Origin: the human T2T-CHM13v2.0 reference genome, Homo sapiens | Strand: one strand, 5' to 3' | Assembly: GCF_009914755.1 (NCBI RefSeq) | Contig: NC_060926.1 | DNA length: 64,000 nt | In this document: positions 16,216 to 29,665 of the stretch, one piece after another | Numbering within the stretch: the first letter of the stretch is position 1 | Layout of the letters: every line of letters starts with the position of its first letter | The notes under the pieces: generated by a model | Seen by the model: only the letters and a program-made list of their open reading frames with translations | What the model was told of the DNA's origin: nothing | The model's database searches: none | Made by a program: the position numbers and the translations under genes

Positions 16216-17249
16216 GGCCAAGGGGTCGGCACAAGCACCAGGGCGCCCGCCCAGACCACTGGAGGGGACATCTGGGCACATGACCTCACACCCCCTTTAA
16301 CCCTCCCTAGCCCCCATGTTGGGGAGAGCAGCGCCAGGAGTAGAGACAAGTGCCCCTCTCACCCCACACTGACCTGGGGTCCGGAGCGCCCTGGGGTCCT
16401 GAGACAGGCAGGTGGGAGGCCGAGCCCCTGGGACCATTCTCCCCGCACGCTGCTCACAGCTGCCTTTTTCTGGTCTACAGAGAACAAGCTGAAGCTGGAA
16501 TCAGCCGCAGGTCACTGTGTGCTGCACCACGACAAGCATGTTCACCTTTGCTCCTCACCGGGGTCCACACAAGCGTCCCGCGAGGACCAACGCTGGGGCC
16601 GGCCTTCTGGGTCACAGTGCTGGGCGCACAGCGGAAGTCAGGGCTCGCCTCTCTGTGTGGGCCTTCTTGCCAGCGGAAGCACTCCCCTGGGTTTGACCCT
16701 GATGGGTTAGGCACTTAAACTTGCAGCTGTGGCAGAGGAGGTGAGGCCAAGACCAGAACAGCCCCCTCCACCCTGCACAGGCAGCTCCAGGCCTGCTGAT
16801 GACCACAGACCGTTGGTTGGCCCTGGGAGCGCCGTTCACGCTCCTGCCTCCTCCGAGCAGGACCCAAAGACTCTCACCAAGCACACACCAAACGCACCAG
16901 TGCGGCACAGCCTGAAGGAGGGCAGACGGGCCACACGAGGCCCCACCCTTCAGGCTCCACTAAACAGCCATGAAGGAATTAGAAAGCTGTAAACATACAA
17001 GAGCAGAGAGAACAAGAGAACGGGGATGTAGGCGGTAGGTGACGCAAGACTGCCTGAATAGGAGGTGGGACGGAGCGAGCCAAGGCCACCACCCAGCTGT
17101 GCTACGAGGGGACCGAGGAGGGACCACTTGGCTCCCCCCAGGGAGGAGAGTCAGACCTGGAGGGCACCAGTGCACAGAAAGGAGCTGGGGTTGGGGCGGG
17201 CATGGATGAGGAGCGACATCGGGAATGGGGGATTGGGTGAGAATTCACA

Positions 17250-19630
17250 GAGAGGGTGGATAACCCAGGGGTCCTCCAAATGCACACAACAGATCATTCT
17301 CTACCCCTCCCCAGACCACACACACCAAGAGCAGAAAACAAAAGACACTTCCTAGAGAAAATCTAACAACAGGGGCCTGTGCCTGGGGCACCAGGTGAAG
17401 GTGAAGGTGGACTCCATGGGGTTAATTAAACTCCACACACTGGGAACCTGTCCCCTCAGCTTGCTTCCCAAATCCATCACCACCCCTCCACCCTCTGCCA
17501 CACTCCTGCTAGTAGGCTGCTAACACCAGGCTTAAATCCCAAGCAATAGATCAGAGAGTTTTGCTAGGAATCACTGAACAGCTTCGGAAAAAGCACCTCT
17601 AGATACTAAGACTCACCTGTCACACTACCCCATAACCCGACTCTGAGGTCAACCAGTTGGCAAACTCTGCCATGCACAGGGAGCTTCCAATAAATGTTTA
17701 GTTCCTCGCTGTTAAATATGAGCAGACAGCCAAGCATGAAATAGAGAACAAAAGGGGAAACAGAATCAGGAGGAAACACATGATAAAACAAACACAGAAA
17801 AATTGAAGAAAGATTTATATACAAGAAATGCTCTCAGACTAGGGAACTATTGAATTTGCTTTTTTTTTTTAAGGAATACAAGAGAATAAGAAAAAGAAAG
17901 AGTTCTTTAAAATTAAAATGATGATAGATGAAATTCAAAGGACAAATTGGAAAATAAAGTAAAAGAAATCTGCTAGAGATGAAGAATAACAGAGAAAATG
18001 TTAAAGATGTAGAGGATTAGCACAGGCTGTCCAACATCTAACTAATAGAAACATCAAAAAAGAGGATGGATGGAAGGAGATGATCAAAGAAACAATACAA
18101 GACATTTTTTCTCACCTGAAAAGCCCCACTGAGTACCCATCGGAGTAAATGAGGGAGGATGCACGCCACTGTGTATAAAATTTTAAACAACCAAAATAAA
18201 TAAATAAAAGATCTTAAAGACTTCCAGAAAGGAAAAGCAGGTCACATGCAAAGAAAAGAAAGAGAGTGGCGTGTGGATGTCAGCAGCACCAGCTTCTCGA
18301 AAACCATGGAGCCTTGCTTCAGCTTTTGATTTCTTCAGCCAGCAAAATGATCACGTTGCGTAGAATAAAGCCATTTCCAGGTGTGCAAGGACTAAAAACA
18401 CAGTGTTTTAGACTGGACTCAAAAAAGAGCATAAACAAAAAACAAATGAATGAACAAAAGACAGAGAGTACAGGACGCAGAAAACCCAGGGTCCCAGAGC
18501 AGGGAGAGGATTCCCGGGACCGTGGCAGACTCATTCCCAGGGTGACAGCCACGGAGCGGGCTGAGAGACAGCAGTCCAGGGTAGGCAGAAGGGGTGGGTT
18601 GCCCCTCCACACCTGTGGGTGTTTCTCGTTAGGTGGAACGAGAGACTTGGAAAAGAAAGAGACACAGAGACAAAGTACAGAGAAAGAAAAAGGGGGCCCA
18701 GGGGACCGGTGTTCAGCATACGGAGGATCCACGATCCACGCTGGCCTCTGAGTTCCCTTAGTATCTATTGATCATTATTGGGTGTTTCTCGGAGAGGGGG
18801 ATGTGGCAGGATCATAGGATAATAGTGGAGAGAAGGTCAGCAGGTGAACACGTGAACAAAGGTCTCTGCATCATGAACAAGGTAAAGAATTAAGTGCTGT
18901 GCTTTAGATATGCATACACATAAACATCTCAATGCCTTAAAGAGCAGTATTGCTGCCCGCCTGTCCCATCTCCAGCCCTAAGGCGGTTTTCCCCTATCTC
19001 AGTAGATGGAATATACAATCGGGTTTTACACGGAGACATTCCATTGCCCAGGGACGGGCAGGAGACAGATGCCTTCCTCTTGTCTCAACTGCAAAGAGGC
19101 GTCCCTTCCTCTTTTACTAATCCTCCTCAGCACAGACCCTTTACGAGTGTCGGGCTGAGGCCATATCTCAGGCTATCACATGGGGAGAAACCTTGGACAA
19201 TACCTGGCTTTCCTAGGCAGAGGGCCCTGCGGCCTTCCGCAGTGTTTGTGTCCCTGGGTACTTGAGATTAGGGAGTGGTGATGACTCTTAACGAGCCTGC
19301 TGCCTTCAAGCATCTGTTTAACAAAGCACATCTTGCACCGCCCTTAATCCATTTAACCCTGAGTGGACACAGCACATGTTTCAGGGAGCACAGGGTTGGG
19401 GGTGGGGTTACAGATTAACAGCATTTCAAGGCAGAAGAATTTCTCTTAGTACAGAACAAAATGGAGTCTCCTATGTCTACTTCTTTCTACAGAGACACAG
19501 TAACAATCTGATCTCTCTTTCTTTTCCCCACAGTAGACAGAAGGGCAGAAGGCCTGAAGGAGAAGGATCCAACGTGAACAACAGCAGAAACTAACGAATC
19601 AGTGCTGGGAAGGTAGCAGCAGTGGTCACA
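17250..19630 (+). mobile_element. HAL1/old L1-related element, split by the LTR5 insertion
   Basis: 'ttaaatatgagcagacagccaag' and A-rich ORF1-like sequence at 17.7-18.3 kb; continues on both sides of the LTR. Confidence 0.55.
18587..19532 (-). mobile_element. HERV-K (HML-2) solo LTR, LTR5B-like
   Basis: Minus strand begins TGTGGGGAAAAGAAAGAGAGATCAGATTGTTAC and ends ...GGGGCAACCCACCCCTTC. Flanked by GTAGGC (18581-18586) and GTAGAC (19533-19538), a 6-bp TSD with one mismatch. About 30-bp internal deletion near 19157. Confidence 0.93.
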
Positions 19631-19730
19631 TAGTTTTTTACAATCTCTTCAAATCGCCAATAAAAACAGTAACTTGATAGCAGAACCAAATCCAAGCAGA
19701 TAACATCTAAAACCACGCCTGGCGATGAAG

Positions 19731-20127
19731 TGCATTCGTGTCCCAGGGCTAGTGTAACAAAGTGCCACAAACTTGGCAGCTAAAATGATGGATATTTCTC
19801 TCTCACCGTCCTGGAGGCCAGAAGTCCAAAACCAAGGGGTTGGCCTGGCTGGTTCTTCCCAGAGGCTCTGAGAGAGACTATGCACACACACCTCTCCTTT
19901 AACTTGGCAACCCTTGACTCTCCTTGCCTTGTAGATGTACCACTCCAATCTCTGCCTCCATCCCGGCGTCTCTGTGCCAAACCCCCCTCTCCCTTCTCTT
20001 CTAAGGACACCAGTCATTGATTTAGGGCTGCCCTAAATTCAGGCGACCTCAATTGAATTGCATCTGCAAAGACCCTGTTCCACGTCAGGTCACATTCCCA
20101 GGCACTGGCAGTTAGCACTTTGACATT
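19731..20127 (-). mobile_element. MLT1B/C MaLR LTR
   Basis: gtaacaaagtgccacaaact...ctggaggccagaagtccaaa...catctgcaaagaccctgttcc. Confidence 0.8.
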
Positions 20128-20668
20128 CCCCAAATTCCGATCTTTGCGGCCTCGGCTCAGTGGGACCGAGGACAGTGGGACCATCTTTGGGTCGGTGGGA
20201 CCCCACCAGGCTCCCTTGGACTTCCGCTTGTGGTGCCACAGGGAAGCTGTAACCGGGCTGAGAGCCAGGGAACTATGGGGCGCACACCTCCTCCTCTTCC
20301 TTGGAGTCTTGCACTACCTGTTGTTCACACCTGAAATCAGTTGCCTCATAAATGTTGTCCAATTTTATGGTTGTTTAATGTGGGAGGGTGAGTCCAGGAC
20401 CGAGGACTCTGTCAGAGCTGGAGACCAAAGCCCACCCAATATCCCTGCAGAAGCTCCTTTTCACCTGAGCTCAGCCAGAACAGGCTTCTATTGCTGGCAG
20501 CCAGGAGCCCCGCCTGAGCCGCGTGATAAATAATGTCCTCTAGAACCTCCCTGGAGGCAGGTTCCAGGGCACCTCCTGTGGCCCCTTGGGACCCATGGAT
20601 CGCACAGAGTGCAATTCAGCAGGGGAAGTTTTCTGTACGGAAGGAAAGATAGAGAGAAAATGTATATA

Positions 20669-20717
20669 TTAGGTTGGTGCAAAAGTAATTGCAGTTTTTG
20701 CCACTGAATGTAATGGC
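20669..20717. mobile_element. MADE1 (Hsmar1 MITE), truncated with one TIR
   Basis: TA followed by ttaggttggtgcaaaagtaattgcagtttttgcca; the second TIR is mostly missing. Confidence 0.85.
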
Positions 20718-21104
20718 CTATCCTCCTACAAGGCCGAGTTTAGGGAGACATTTCAAAGATCCAGAGCAACAGATTCCACCCTACAGAATTCATGGATAGT
20801 CACATCCTGGGAAACCATGGAGCTATCGCGAGGGTCCCACGAATCCATGTGATCCTAAGAATTCGCTATAGACTCAATACTGGGCTGTTTCCAGGTATGC
20901 ACAGAGGCTGCTGCATTTTATAAAATAAAAATCCATTTTAAAACTATAAATAAATGCACGATGGTTTTAGTTTCCTTTATGCTTTATTCTCAATCAACAA
21001 ATGTTAAAACGTGGCCAGCAATAAGTGGGGCTTTGGGGTCGGGGTACTGAAGGTTTTTGAGATCATGAAGGATGCTTTACCTTCTGCATCAGGATGTGCT
21101 GACC

Positions 21105-21512
21105 TGGATGCGCAGGTGGGGGGCAGCTCGGCACCCCCCACCTGGAGATGGTTTCTATCCACCTTTAGGGTGCCCTGAGTACCCCTGCTCGCTGAGAAGA
21201 ATCTGGGATGCAGGTCGTGGGCAGCTTGGCACTCCCCCCACCGAGATGGTTTCCATCCACCTTTAGGGTGCCCTGAGTACTCCCTGCTTGCTGAGAAGAA
21301 TCTGGGGTGCAGGTCGTGGGCAGCTCAGCACCCCCCACCCGAAGATGGTTTCCATCAGCCTTTAGGGTGCCCTGAGTACCCTCTGCTCACTGAGAAGAAC
21401 GTGGGGTGCAGGTCGTGGGCAGCTCGGCACTCCCCCCACCCGAGATGGTTTCCATCCACCTTTAGGGTGCCCTGAGTACCCCCTGTTTGCTGAGAAGAAT
21501 CTGGGGTGCAGG
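21105..21512. repeat. Minisatellite, 98-100-bp unit, about 4 copies
   Basis: 'tttagggtgccctgagtac' recurs at 21164, 21262, 21361 and 21461. Confidence 0.95.
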
Positions 21513-23008
21513 TTTCTGTGCTGTTCATGAAAACAGGAGTCTATGCCTTTATTAGCAGTGGCACTGAGGGAGGCGGCCGATATCCCCTCACGAAAACTAA
21601 AGAACTCATCCGGAACGTCTTGCTGCGGAGAAGCCATCCCACCTCTCCTTACAGGCACCCACCAGTAATAAGCCCCCTCTGGAAAATCCTGGCTGTGAAT
21701 TCCACTTGATGTGTCATGCCTGTGTCTAGTGCGCGTACCATCAAAAAACGTCGGCACATCCAACTCTTGGCAGCTGAAAGCTTACACAATGCAAGAAAAG
21801 GAAGGCCTTTCCTGTGAACTCGCGTGAGGATTTGCCTACCTATCGTGGCTGTGTTTGACTCCTGCACACCTAGAGAGCTACGCTGGGGCGGGGGTGAGGC
21901 GCTGACAGACCCACTTTGCAAAAGCCGCCCCCACCAAGTGGCTGGATGCTGAAAGGACAGGCGGAAGGAGGGTGAAAGGACGGGCAGAAGGAGGGTCTTC
22001 TCTCTAGAGATAGGGCACTGGAATCTCAGAGACAGTCTCTTCACTTATTTACACCTCAGTTTAAAAAAGACGGGGAAAGAAAAGACCAGACCATGGATAG
22101 AGAAGGGAAGAAGGAAAGAGGGAGATCGAGGGGAAAGGCAGAGACAGCAGAGGCAAGACAAGGGGAAGCCTGGGGGTGAGTGAATGCTGGAGAGGGAGGG
22201 CTGGAGAGAGCAGCGCAGCCTCAGGGAGAGCAGGCCCGCCACCCCTCTCCGCTCCACTTCCACTTGCAAAGAGACCCGGGAGGCCTCAGGGCAGCAGCCA
22301 CTAGACCCAGGTCTGCCAAGCCCTGTCCACCTCAGAGGGTCTCGGGAATTCTATGATTGTCCAGACAAGGCCTGTCCCAGCAGAGACCCTGGCCAGACCG
22401 AGGAGGGGCCCGGAGGGCAGGAACCCCGAAAGGGCCCCACAGCCCCACTCGCCAGCATCCCTCACCCGCCCCTGGGGTCAGCCCTGCAGCAGCCTCGGGG
22501 CTCAGCTGTGAAGCAGGGGTCCCACAGTTCCTGCAGGGGAGCTCTCAGGATTCGTTATTTGCATTTTATTTACACGTACGTGTCTTCTTCAGGTGGCCTC
22601 ACAGTGTATGACTTACGCCTTTTCCTGCTCTTGAAAAATGGGTTTAAAATGGGTTTACATGTATTATTCTCAACATATCAACTCCCAGAAAGATCTGGTC
22701 TGCTCAGTGTGGAAGGAAAGGCAAGGGCAGCTTCACCAGACTCCTGATAAGACCCTCAATCATCTGCTTCCAACTCAGCTATTCAGTTACACACATGGAT
22801 TCTTCTCCAAATCGCTAGCATGGCTCCAACAGGAATGTGGCTGCATGGTGCCAAGGTCTCATTCCTCCCGAGCCAGCACCACCAGCGTTTAGGGCCATGG
22901 CCGCCCGGCTCCACGCTGCTCCTCCATCCTCTCAGAGACCCTGTCGCAGTCCCACTGCCCTCGCCTTCTCCAGGCAGGCACTGGCACAGGACTGTCCACC
23001 ACCCAACA

Positions 23009-23085
23009 ATGGCCTCACCTACCCGGGATGGCCTTACCTGCCTGCGATGGCCTCACCTGCCCACGACAGCCTCACCTGCCCATGA
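23009..23085. repeat. 19-bp tandem repeat, 4 copies
   Basis: atggcctcacctacccggg / atggccttacctgcctgcg / atggcctcacctgcccacg / acagcctcacctgcccatg. Confidence 0.85.
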
Positions 23086-24167
23086 AGGCCTGGCATCCTG
23101 ACGGGGCCCTGCGCATCATCCTCGCACTGAGAGGTGTTGCCAGGACACATCCCCGCCATTTGCTGGATAATTCGGCCCCTCAGGCCTGCACAGCTGCGGG
23201 GGCTGCCCCTATCTGTCCAGCCAGGCCCTGCCCATGCTCCAGGCCATCTCAAGGCCCTGGATACACTGGTTGTCCCCTCCCACCTCGTGGCATTCTTGGG
23301 TCCCAGGTGGACAGAAGAGTGCAGCCTTGCTACACAGACGCTAAGAGACACACAGTCTCCTCGTACCCCAGGAACCCCATGGTCCCACACTCTCCATCCC
23401 ACAGCCAGACATCATATCAAAGCCTCCAGAGCGTGGGGCCATGTGCTGCCCTTTCCCCTGCCTGAACACTCACCCTTACATACCCTCAGTCAAACCCACT
23501 TTCCTCTCAAGGCAGCCCGAGCCCCCAGGTACTGAGCCCTGCCCTCCCGGGCCAGGCAGCGCCAGGCTCTTCCAGGCACTCACCCCATAGCAAGACCCCA
23601 GTGGGCCCCAGGGCTCACCTGCCACATCTCTCAGACCGTGACCAGAACCTGCTTCATGGACCTCTACCTCCTGTGCCCAAAACCTTCCTGGAAGACAAAA
23701 GAAGTGCCGCATGAACCCTGAGTATATCCGAGAGCTGATGGGAGGGCGCTGTGGACCCCGGGCTGACTGCACAGGACACACGAGCAGTCCCGGCACCGCA
23801 CTTTCAGAACAGGCACCCCGCACCAAAACCAGGAGAAGCAACAAGGCCAGAAACGCATACTGTAGGGTCAGGAGAATCCAAAATACAGGCCAGGCTTTAA
23901 CATGACGTCCAGCATGAACCATCCAGGCCTGTGTGTTCGGGAAAAGGTGGAAAGAAAAGCGCCGCTGGGAAGGGAACCAGCAGTACCTGAGTGACAGAGC
24001 AAAAGCTCCTGCAGGTTCCTGCTCAGTTCAGAGGTCTGCCCTCTCCAACTACCTGAGGCAATGCGTTCAAGATCAGAAAAATCACACCAACGAAGTTACT
24101 CCATTTGGAAGCTTTTTCTGACCAACCTCACCTTACTCTGACCACAACTTACTCCATATCCAATCAG

Positions 24168-25082
24168 GTGTGTGTGATTGGATGTCATGTTGTGTGCACG
24201 TGTGTACATATTCTGTGTGTGCATTTGTGTATGCGTGTTTGCATGTGTGTACATATTGTGTCTGTATGTGCATGTGTGCATGCATGTCACGTTGTGCACA
24301 TGTGTGTACATATTGTGTGCTTGTGTATGCATTTGTGTGTATGCACGCCATGTTGTGCGCATGTCTGTACATATTGTGTGCATGTGTGTATGTTATGTTG
24401 TGTGCCTGTGTGTGCATATTGTGTGCATGTGTGCATGCATGTCATGTGGGCATGTGTGTACATATTGTGTGTGTGTGTTTGCATTTGTGTGTATGCACAT
24501 CATGTGTGCATGTCTGTATATATTGTGTGCATGTGTGTATATATTGTGTGTGCATGTGTGTATGCACATCATGTTGTGTGCATGTGTGTACATATTGTGT
24601 GCGCGTGTATCTCATGTGTGCATGTGTGTACCTATGTGTGCATGTTTGTGCATGTGTGTATGCATGTCATGTGTGCATGTATTACATATTGTGTGTCATG
24701 TTGTGTTCATGTGTTACATATTGTGTGCATGTGTGTGCATGTGTGTGCATGTCATGTTGTGTGCATGTGTGTACATATTATGTGCATGTGTGCCTGTGTT
24801 CATGTCATGTGTGCATGTGTGTACATATTGTGTGCCTGTGTGTGCATGTCATGTGTGCATGTGTGTACATATTGTGTGTGCGTGCGTGCATGCCATGTTG
24901 TGTGCATGTGTGTACATATTGTGTGCATGTGTGTGCATGTGTGTGTGCATGCCATGTTGTGTGCATGTGTGTGCATATTGTGTGCATGTGTGTGTATGCA
25001 TGTCATGTTATGTGCATGTGTGTGCATATTGTGTGCATGTGTGTGCAGGTGCGTATGTGTCTTTGCATTTGTTTGTGTAAGT
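24168..25082. repeat. Complex TG-rich (purine-pyrimidine alternating) array
   Basis: Recurring catgtgtgtacatattgtgtg and tgcatgtcatgttgtg modules over about 900 bp. Confidence 0.95.
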
Positions 25083-25802
25083 GTTCTCTCGCTCACTCAC
25101 TCAACAGTGGACTTTGCATTGGCACTTCTTGGTGCTTAAAGCCACATGGACCCATTTCTTAGCAGAAACTCAAAGAATCAGGTGTGAGCCATCTGGGAGC
25201 AGCTCTTCCTAACTAACCCACATGCTCTCAAATACTAGTTGGTTTTAATCATATATAAATGCAAGCTCTGCACAGCTGAGATTCTGACTCACTTGTTTGG
25301 ACACAAGGCCAAAAAAAATTGGAATTTTAACAAGCACTTGCCCCTCGGCTGTCCCTGGGCCACCTCAGCAGAAGCTGAGCTCACATATTCTCAGGGATTC
25401 ATTCATGTCACAAGTCCTTTTCTACAACTCTTGCCAGCATGGAAAGCCACATGTGGCCCCTGCGTTCAAGGATCCAGAGCCCAGTGCGGAGCCAGGCAGT
25501 AAAGGAACAAGGCCCTGTGATGGAGCAAAACCTGGGAGCAGACAAGACCCTGCCCCAGCTGCCATGACGCAGGGTGATGCTCCAGGTCGCCCAGGACAGA
25601 TGTCTGTGCAAAGACGGCCTGGAAGATAAGCGAGTCTGGAGGCTGCCAAACAGCCTCCACAGCCTGATGGGTGGAGTGGAAGTGGACATGGCTCAGAGGT
25701 TTCAACTGCACTTGATTTTGCCCTCTGGGGGTGGGGGAAATATACCACTGTTAAAAAAAAAAAAACAACAAAAAGCAAAAAAACAGAACAAACAAAAAAA
25801 CA

Positions 25803-26120
<318 letters not shown>

Positions 26121-26679
26121 TCAATTCCTTGAATTACTAAGGTGGTAGGCAGCATCAAGAGGCTGAGGCTGAAGACACCTGTGCGGTTATTTACAAAGAA
26201 CATAGAGGGCCTGAGACCAACTCATACTCACTCAGCCGCCCTCCTCACGTCACCATGTGTCCTAGGAGCCAGTGGGGACATTCAGTGCACGCCCTGGGAC
26301 CCGCTCATTTTGCCGATAAGGATACTGACTCTCAGTGAGGATTTGAACCTCCAGGGTGCCCAGCCAGTCACTAGAGGAGACAGTTAATAACCACTGAATC
26401 CTTAGGAGATCCACGGGGCTGCTGCTATTCAGTCTGCTTCCTGCTGTGCAAAGGACAGACATTTACAGCAGGCAATTCTGCTTGGACTGGAACACCCCTG
26501 ACGCCTCCCTCCATGGGCACCCTCCTTGCCCTCCTCTGAGCTCCTGGACTCCCTCCAGCCCCACTCTGCATGGACACCCACCTTGCTCAATGCCATGTAA
26601 TGTCTTTAGGACTAAATTTTGCAAGAAGTGGCCAGGAGAGGGAAAAGATGGCAGATGCTGACTGGACAACCCCACTTCC

Positions 26680-28200
26680 AGAATGCTAACGCCAAGGTTT
26701 ACAACCCAGGCCGAAGTCTGGAGAATTTTTTTCTGAGGAAATTGACTAGCCCAAGGAAAAAGACCTGCAGATTCTGTCAGTTGGGAATTTCACACTGCAA
26801 CCATTGGCTCCCCTTCCCAGTATCCTAGAACAAAGCTCACAACGCAGCAAGCCCCACCCGTGCACACAAAGCCTGTAGTAGGTGCTAACGCTCACAAACG
26901 TGGGCGAACTTGCCCATTATCACCAGGCACATGGGGGAAATCTCCAACACAGAGACAAACCCAGCACACGCAAACAAAACAGCAACTCAGAAAGAAACAA
27001 CGGGAGCATAAGAACATTTTAAAAAGGAACGATAGTTGATTTGCTCAGAAATTAAAGAACAGAACATGGAGCAGTATGCTATGAATAAAAGAACATTCCA
27101 AAAAAGGAAAAAAAAAACCTCGAGAATTCAAAGTAGAAAAATAAACTCTAAAAATAAAATAATAAGTTTAGACTATAAAGCAGAACAAAACAAAAAGCAA
27201 GAAATGAGACTGAGAACATAAGAAAATCAGAGTCTCCATCCAGGAGATTCAATACCCACAAAGCAGAAGCCCCAGGAAGAGAGAAAAGTGAAAACGGAGA
27301 GAAGGAAATTACCAAAGAAACGACGGAAGCCATGATCGCCCCGGGAAGGATGTTGATTCCAGATGGATAGCACCCACCAGGGCCCACAGGAGGAGACAGC
27401 CCCTCCAAACCCATCGTGTGAAGGTTCAGAGCTTCAGCTGGGAAGGGGCCAGGATGGGGTGATGGGCGCCTCAGCATGGTTTTGCCTGGTGTGAACCCCC
27501 AGCTCCTCCACTCAGACCACGGGAAGCTTGACTAGTTACACGTCTGCTCTGTGTCCCAGGTGCGTGCGTGTTTTCTTAATCAGAAAAATGGAAATGATCA
27601 TATTATTACTTTGTAGAGTTACTCTGAATATTAAATTAATACATTTAAAGACTTAGAGCGTATCTGACACATAAGTATGCATTTAATATGTTTTGTATTA
27701 TTACCATAAAAAGCATACAGAAAAAATAAAGGTTCTGCACAAAAGAACAGATGTGATGGATGTCTCAAAAGTGATGTTAGAAATTGGAAGATAACAAAAC
27801 AATCCCTCAAAATTCCAGAAGGAAAATGAAGCCCTATCTAGAGTTGTATATCTACAGACTAAGTTTTATTCAAGTTTTAAACAGCAAAAACTCAAAACCT
27901 TTACCTCCCGTGCACCCTAATTCATGAAGCCCCTGGAAATGCGGCCACCAGAAGTAGGGACTAAGCAAGAGAACAGTGGTTGTGGGACGCAAGAAAAGGC
28001 CAGCAGAGGAAAGAGACCCCCAGGGGGAGGTGAGACCAGCCCAGGACAGCTGCGTGGCGACCACAGGAGGAGGGCACAGCCCCTGGGAGATGTGCACTGT
28101 GAAGAAAGAGAAGCTGGAGGACCAGCTGTGGTGCTTGTGTCACAGGAGACTTTGGGGGCATTTATAGACAACTAATGAATAAATAAAAATGAGTGATTCT
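26680..28200 (+). mobile_element. HAL1-like element interrupted by a MIR
   Basis: 'gaaattgactagcccaaggaaaaagacctgcaga', 'caagccccacccgtgcacaca', ORF1-like A-rich segment and 'ttacctcccgtgcaccc'. Confidence 0.55.
27472..27702 (+). mobile_element. MIR
   Basis: MIR core and 3' end (ttttcttaatcagaaaaatgg...tctgacacataagtatgc). Confidence 0.6.
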
Positions 28201-28319
28201 AGGAAAGGAAAGTACTGTCTGAGAAAGGAAGTGTAAATATGGCACACTACAGGGCTTACCCGTGGAAAAAAATGACTTACAATGCTCATATTGGACCCCA
28301 ACATCCTGACCCCCCTGTG

Positions 28320-28545
28320 AGTGGGGGCCCAGACTCTGAAGCCAGACTGCCTCCGTCCATCTCCATCTGCCACTCACTAGCAGGGCTTTTGTTACCGTCC
28401 CTGTGCCTCAGTTTCTCCATCTGTAACCCAGGATAATAATGGTACTTTCCTTATGGGTTTGATGAGAGGATTCCATTAATTAATATATGCAGAGCATTTA
28501 GAACAGGATGATTTAGGACGCTGCGTAAATGTTCACTGCTTCTAT
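28320..28545 (+). mobile_element. MIR
   Basis: agactctgaagccagactgcct...ctgtgcctcagtttctccatctgtaa. Confidence 0.8.
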
Positions 28546-28999
28546 TTTTACTTTGATTTTTTAAAAGATAGTAGCTCTCCTGGAGGAACCTCAGGCTAAC
28601 ACAAACAACAGCGAAATCTTAGAAGAGTCACGGAAAGATGCAGCAGCTGCTCTCCAAGCACAGGGACGGGACACGGAAAACGGCACAAAGGCGTGTCTGT
28701 CACTGAGGCAGCAACTGGAACGTGGGACAGGAACCACCAGGCAGAGTGGGGGAGCTCAGGGGTCGGGAACTCAGGGGCCAGGTCATTGAGAGGAAGACTC
28801 CGGGGCCAGCAGGAAGACTGCTGTGGGCTGTGCATGCAGAGGGAATCACAGAGGCCAGGCTGGACACTGCTGAAGAGGAGGGAAGGGCCCCCAGGACCCC
28901 TAGTTTTCTTCTGCCAGGGAAGCACAGGGTCCTTGATCCCTCTGTGGCCCTGGCAGCTGCAAGTTTTACCCACAGGCGTGAACCCAAGCTGGGACTATT

Positions 29000-29265
29000 T
29001 GATTCCCAGGCACTGCGAAAGCTGTGTAGGTGGCTGCTCCGAACACTGCGAAATCAACCGTGTTGTGAAACACCTAGGAACTAGCCCCAGCCCCGGACCA
29101 GAGTCCTCAAACCCCCCGTAACCTCCTCAGCCCAACGCCCTCACGGCAGGCGTAACTGGGCAGAGCGTCTGGTCTCACTGTGCCTCGCAAGGACACTAGG
29201 ACCCTCTGAGCACAAGTTTCAATAAACCTTGCTGAACTTTCCTGCTGCCGCTTTTGGGGTGACTC
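29000..29265 (+). mobile_element. Probable old ERV LTR 3' fragment
   Basis: LTR-like U3/R layout with AATAAA at 29221; family not recognised. Confidence 0.35.
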
Positions 29266-29306
29266 CAGCGGCGGGAGAGCCAGCAAAGGAGACTGGGCAG
29301 GGCAGG

Positions 29307-29665
29307 TGTAGTCTGTTCTCATGCTGCTATAAGGACATACCTAGACTGGGTAATTTATAAAGGAAAGAGGTTTAATGGGCTCACAGTCCCACATGGCTGG
29401 GGAGGCCTCACAATCATGGCGGAAGGCAAAGGAGAAGCAAAGGCACCTCTTATACGGTGGCAGGCAAGAGAGTGTGTGCAGGGGAACTGCCCTTTATAAA
29501 ACCATCAGATCTTACGAGACTTATTCACTGTTACAAGAACAGCACGGGAAAGACCCGCCCCCATGATTCAATTACCTCCCACCAGGTTCCTTCCATAACA
29601 CATGAGGATTATGGGAGCTACAATTCAAGATGAGATTTGGATGGGGACACAGCCAAACCGTATCA
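29307..29665 (-). mobile_element. THE1 (B/C) solo LTR
   Basis: TG...CA ends, 'ggggacacagccaaaccgtatca', and a perfect 5-bp TSD GCAGG at 29302-29306 and 29666-29670. Confidence 0.95.

Noticed and set aside
21164-21467. TTTAGGG once per unit as interstitial telomere
   Set aside because: Single hexamers about 99 bp apart, not tandem telomeric repeats.
24105-25162. 300-344 aa Cys/Val/His-rich ORFs in three frames
   Set aside because: Translation of a TG repeat that lacks stop codons; not metallothionein- or keratin-associated genes.
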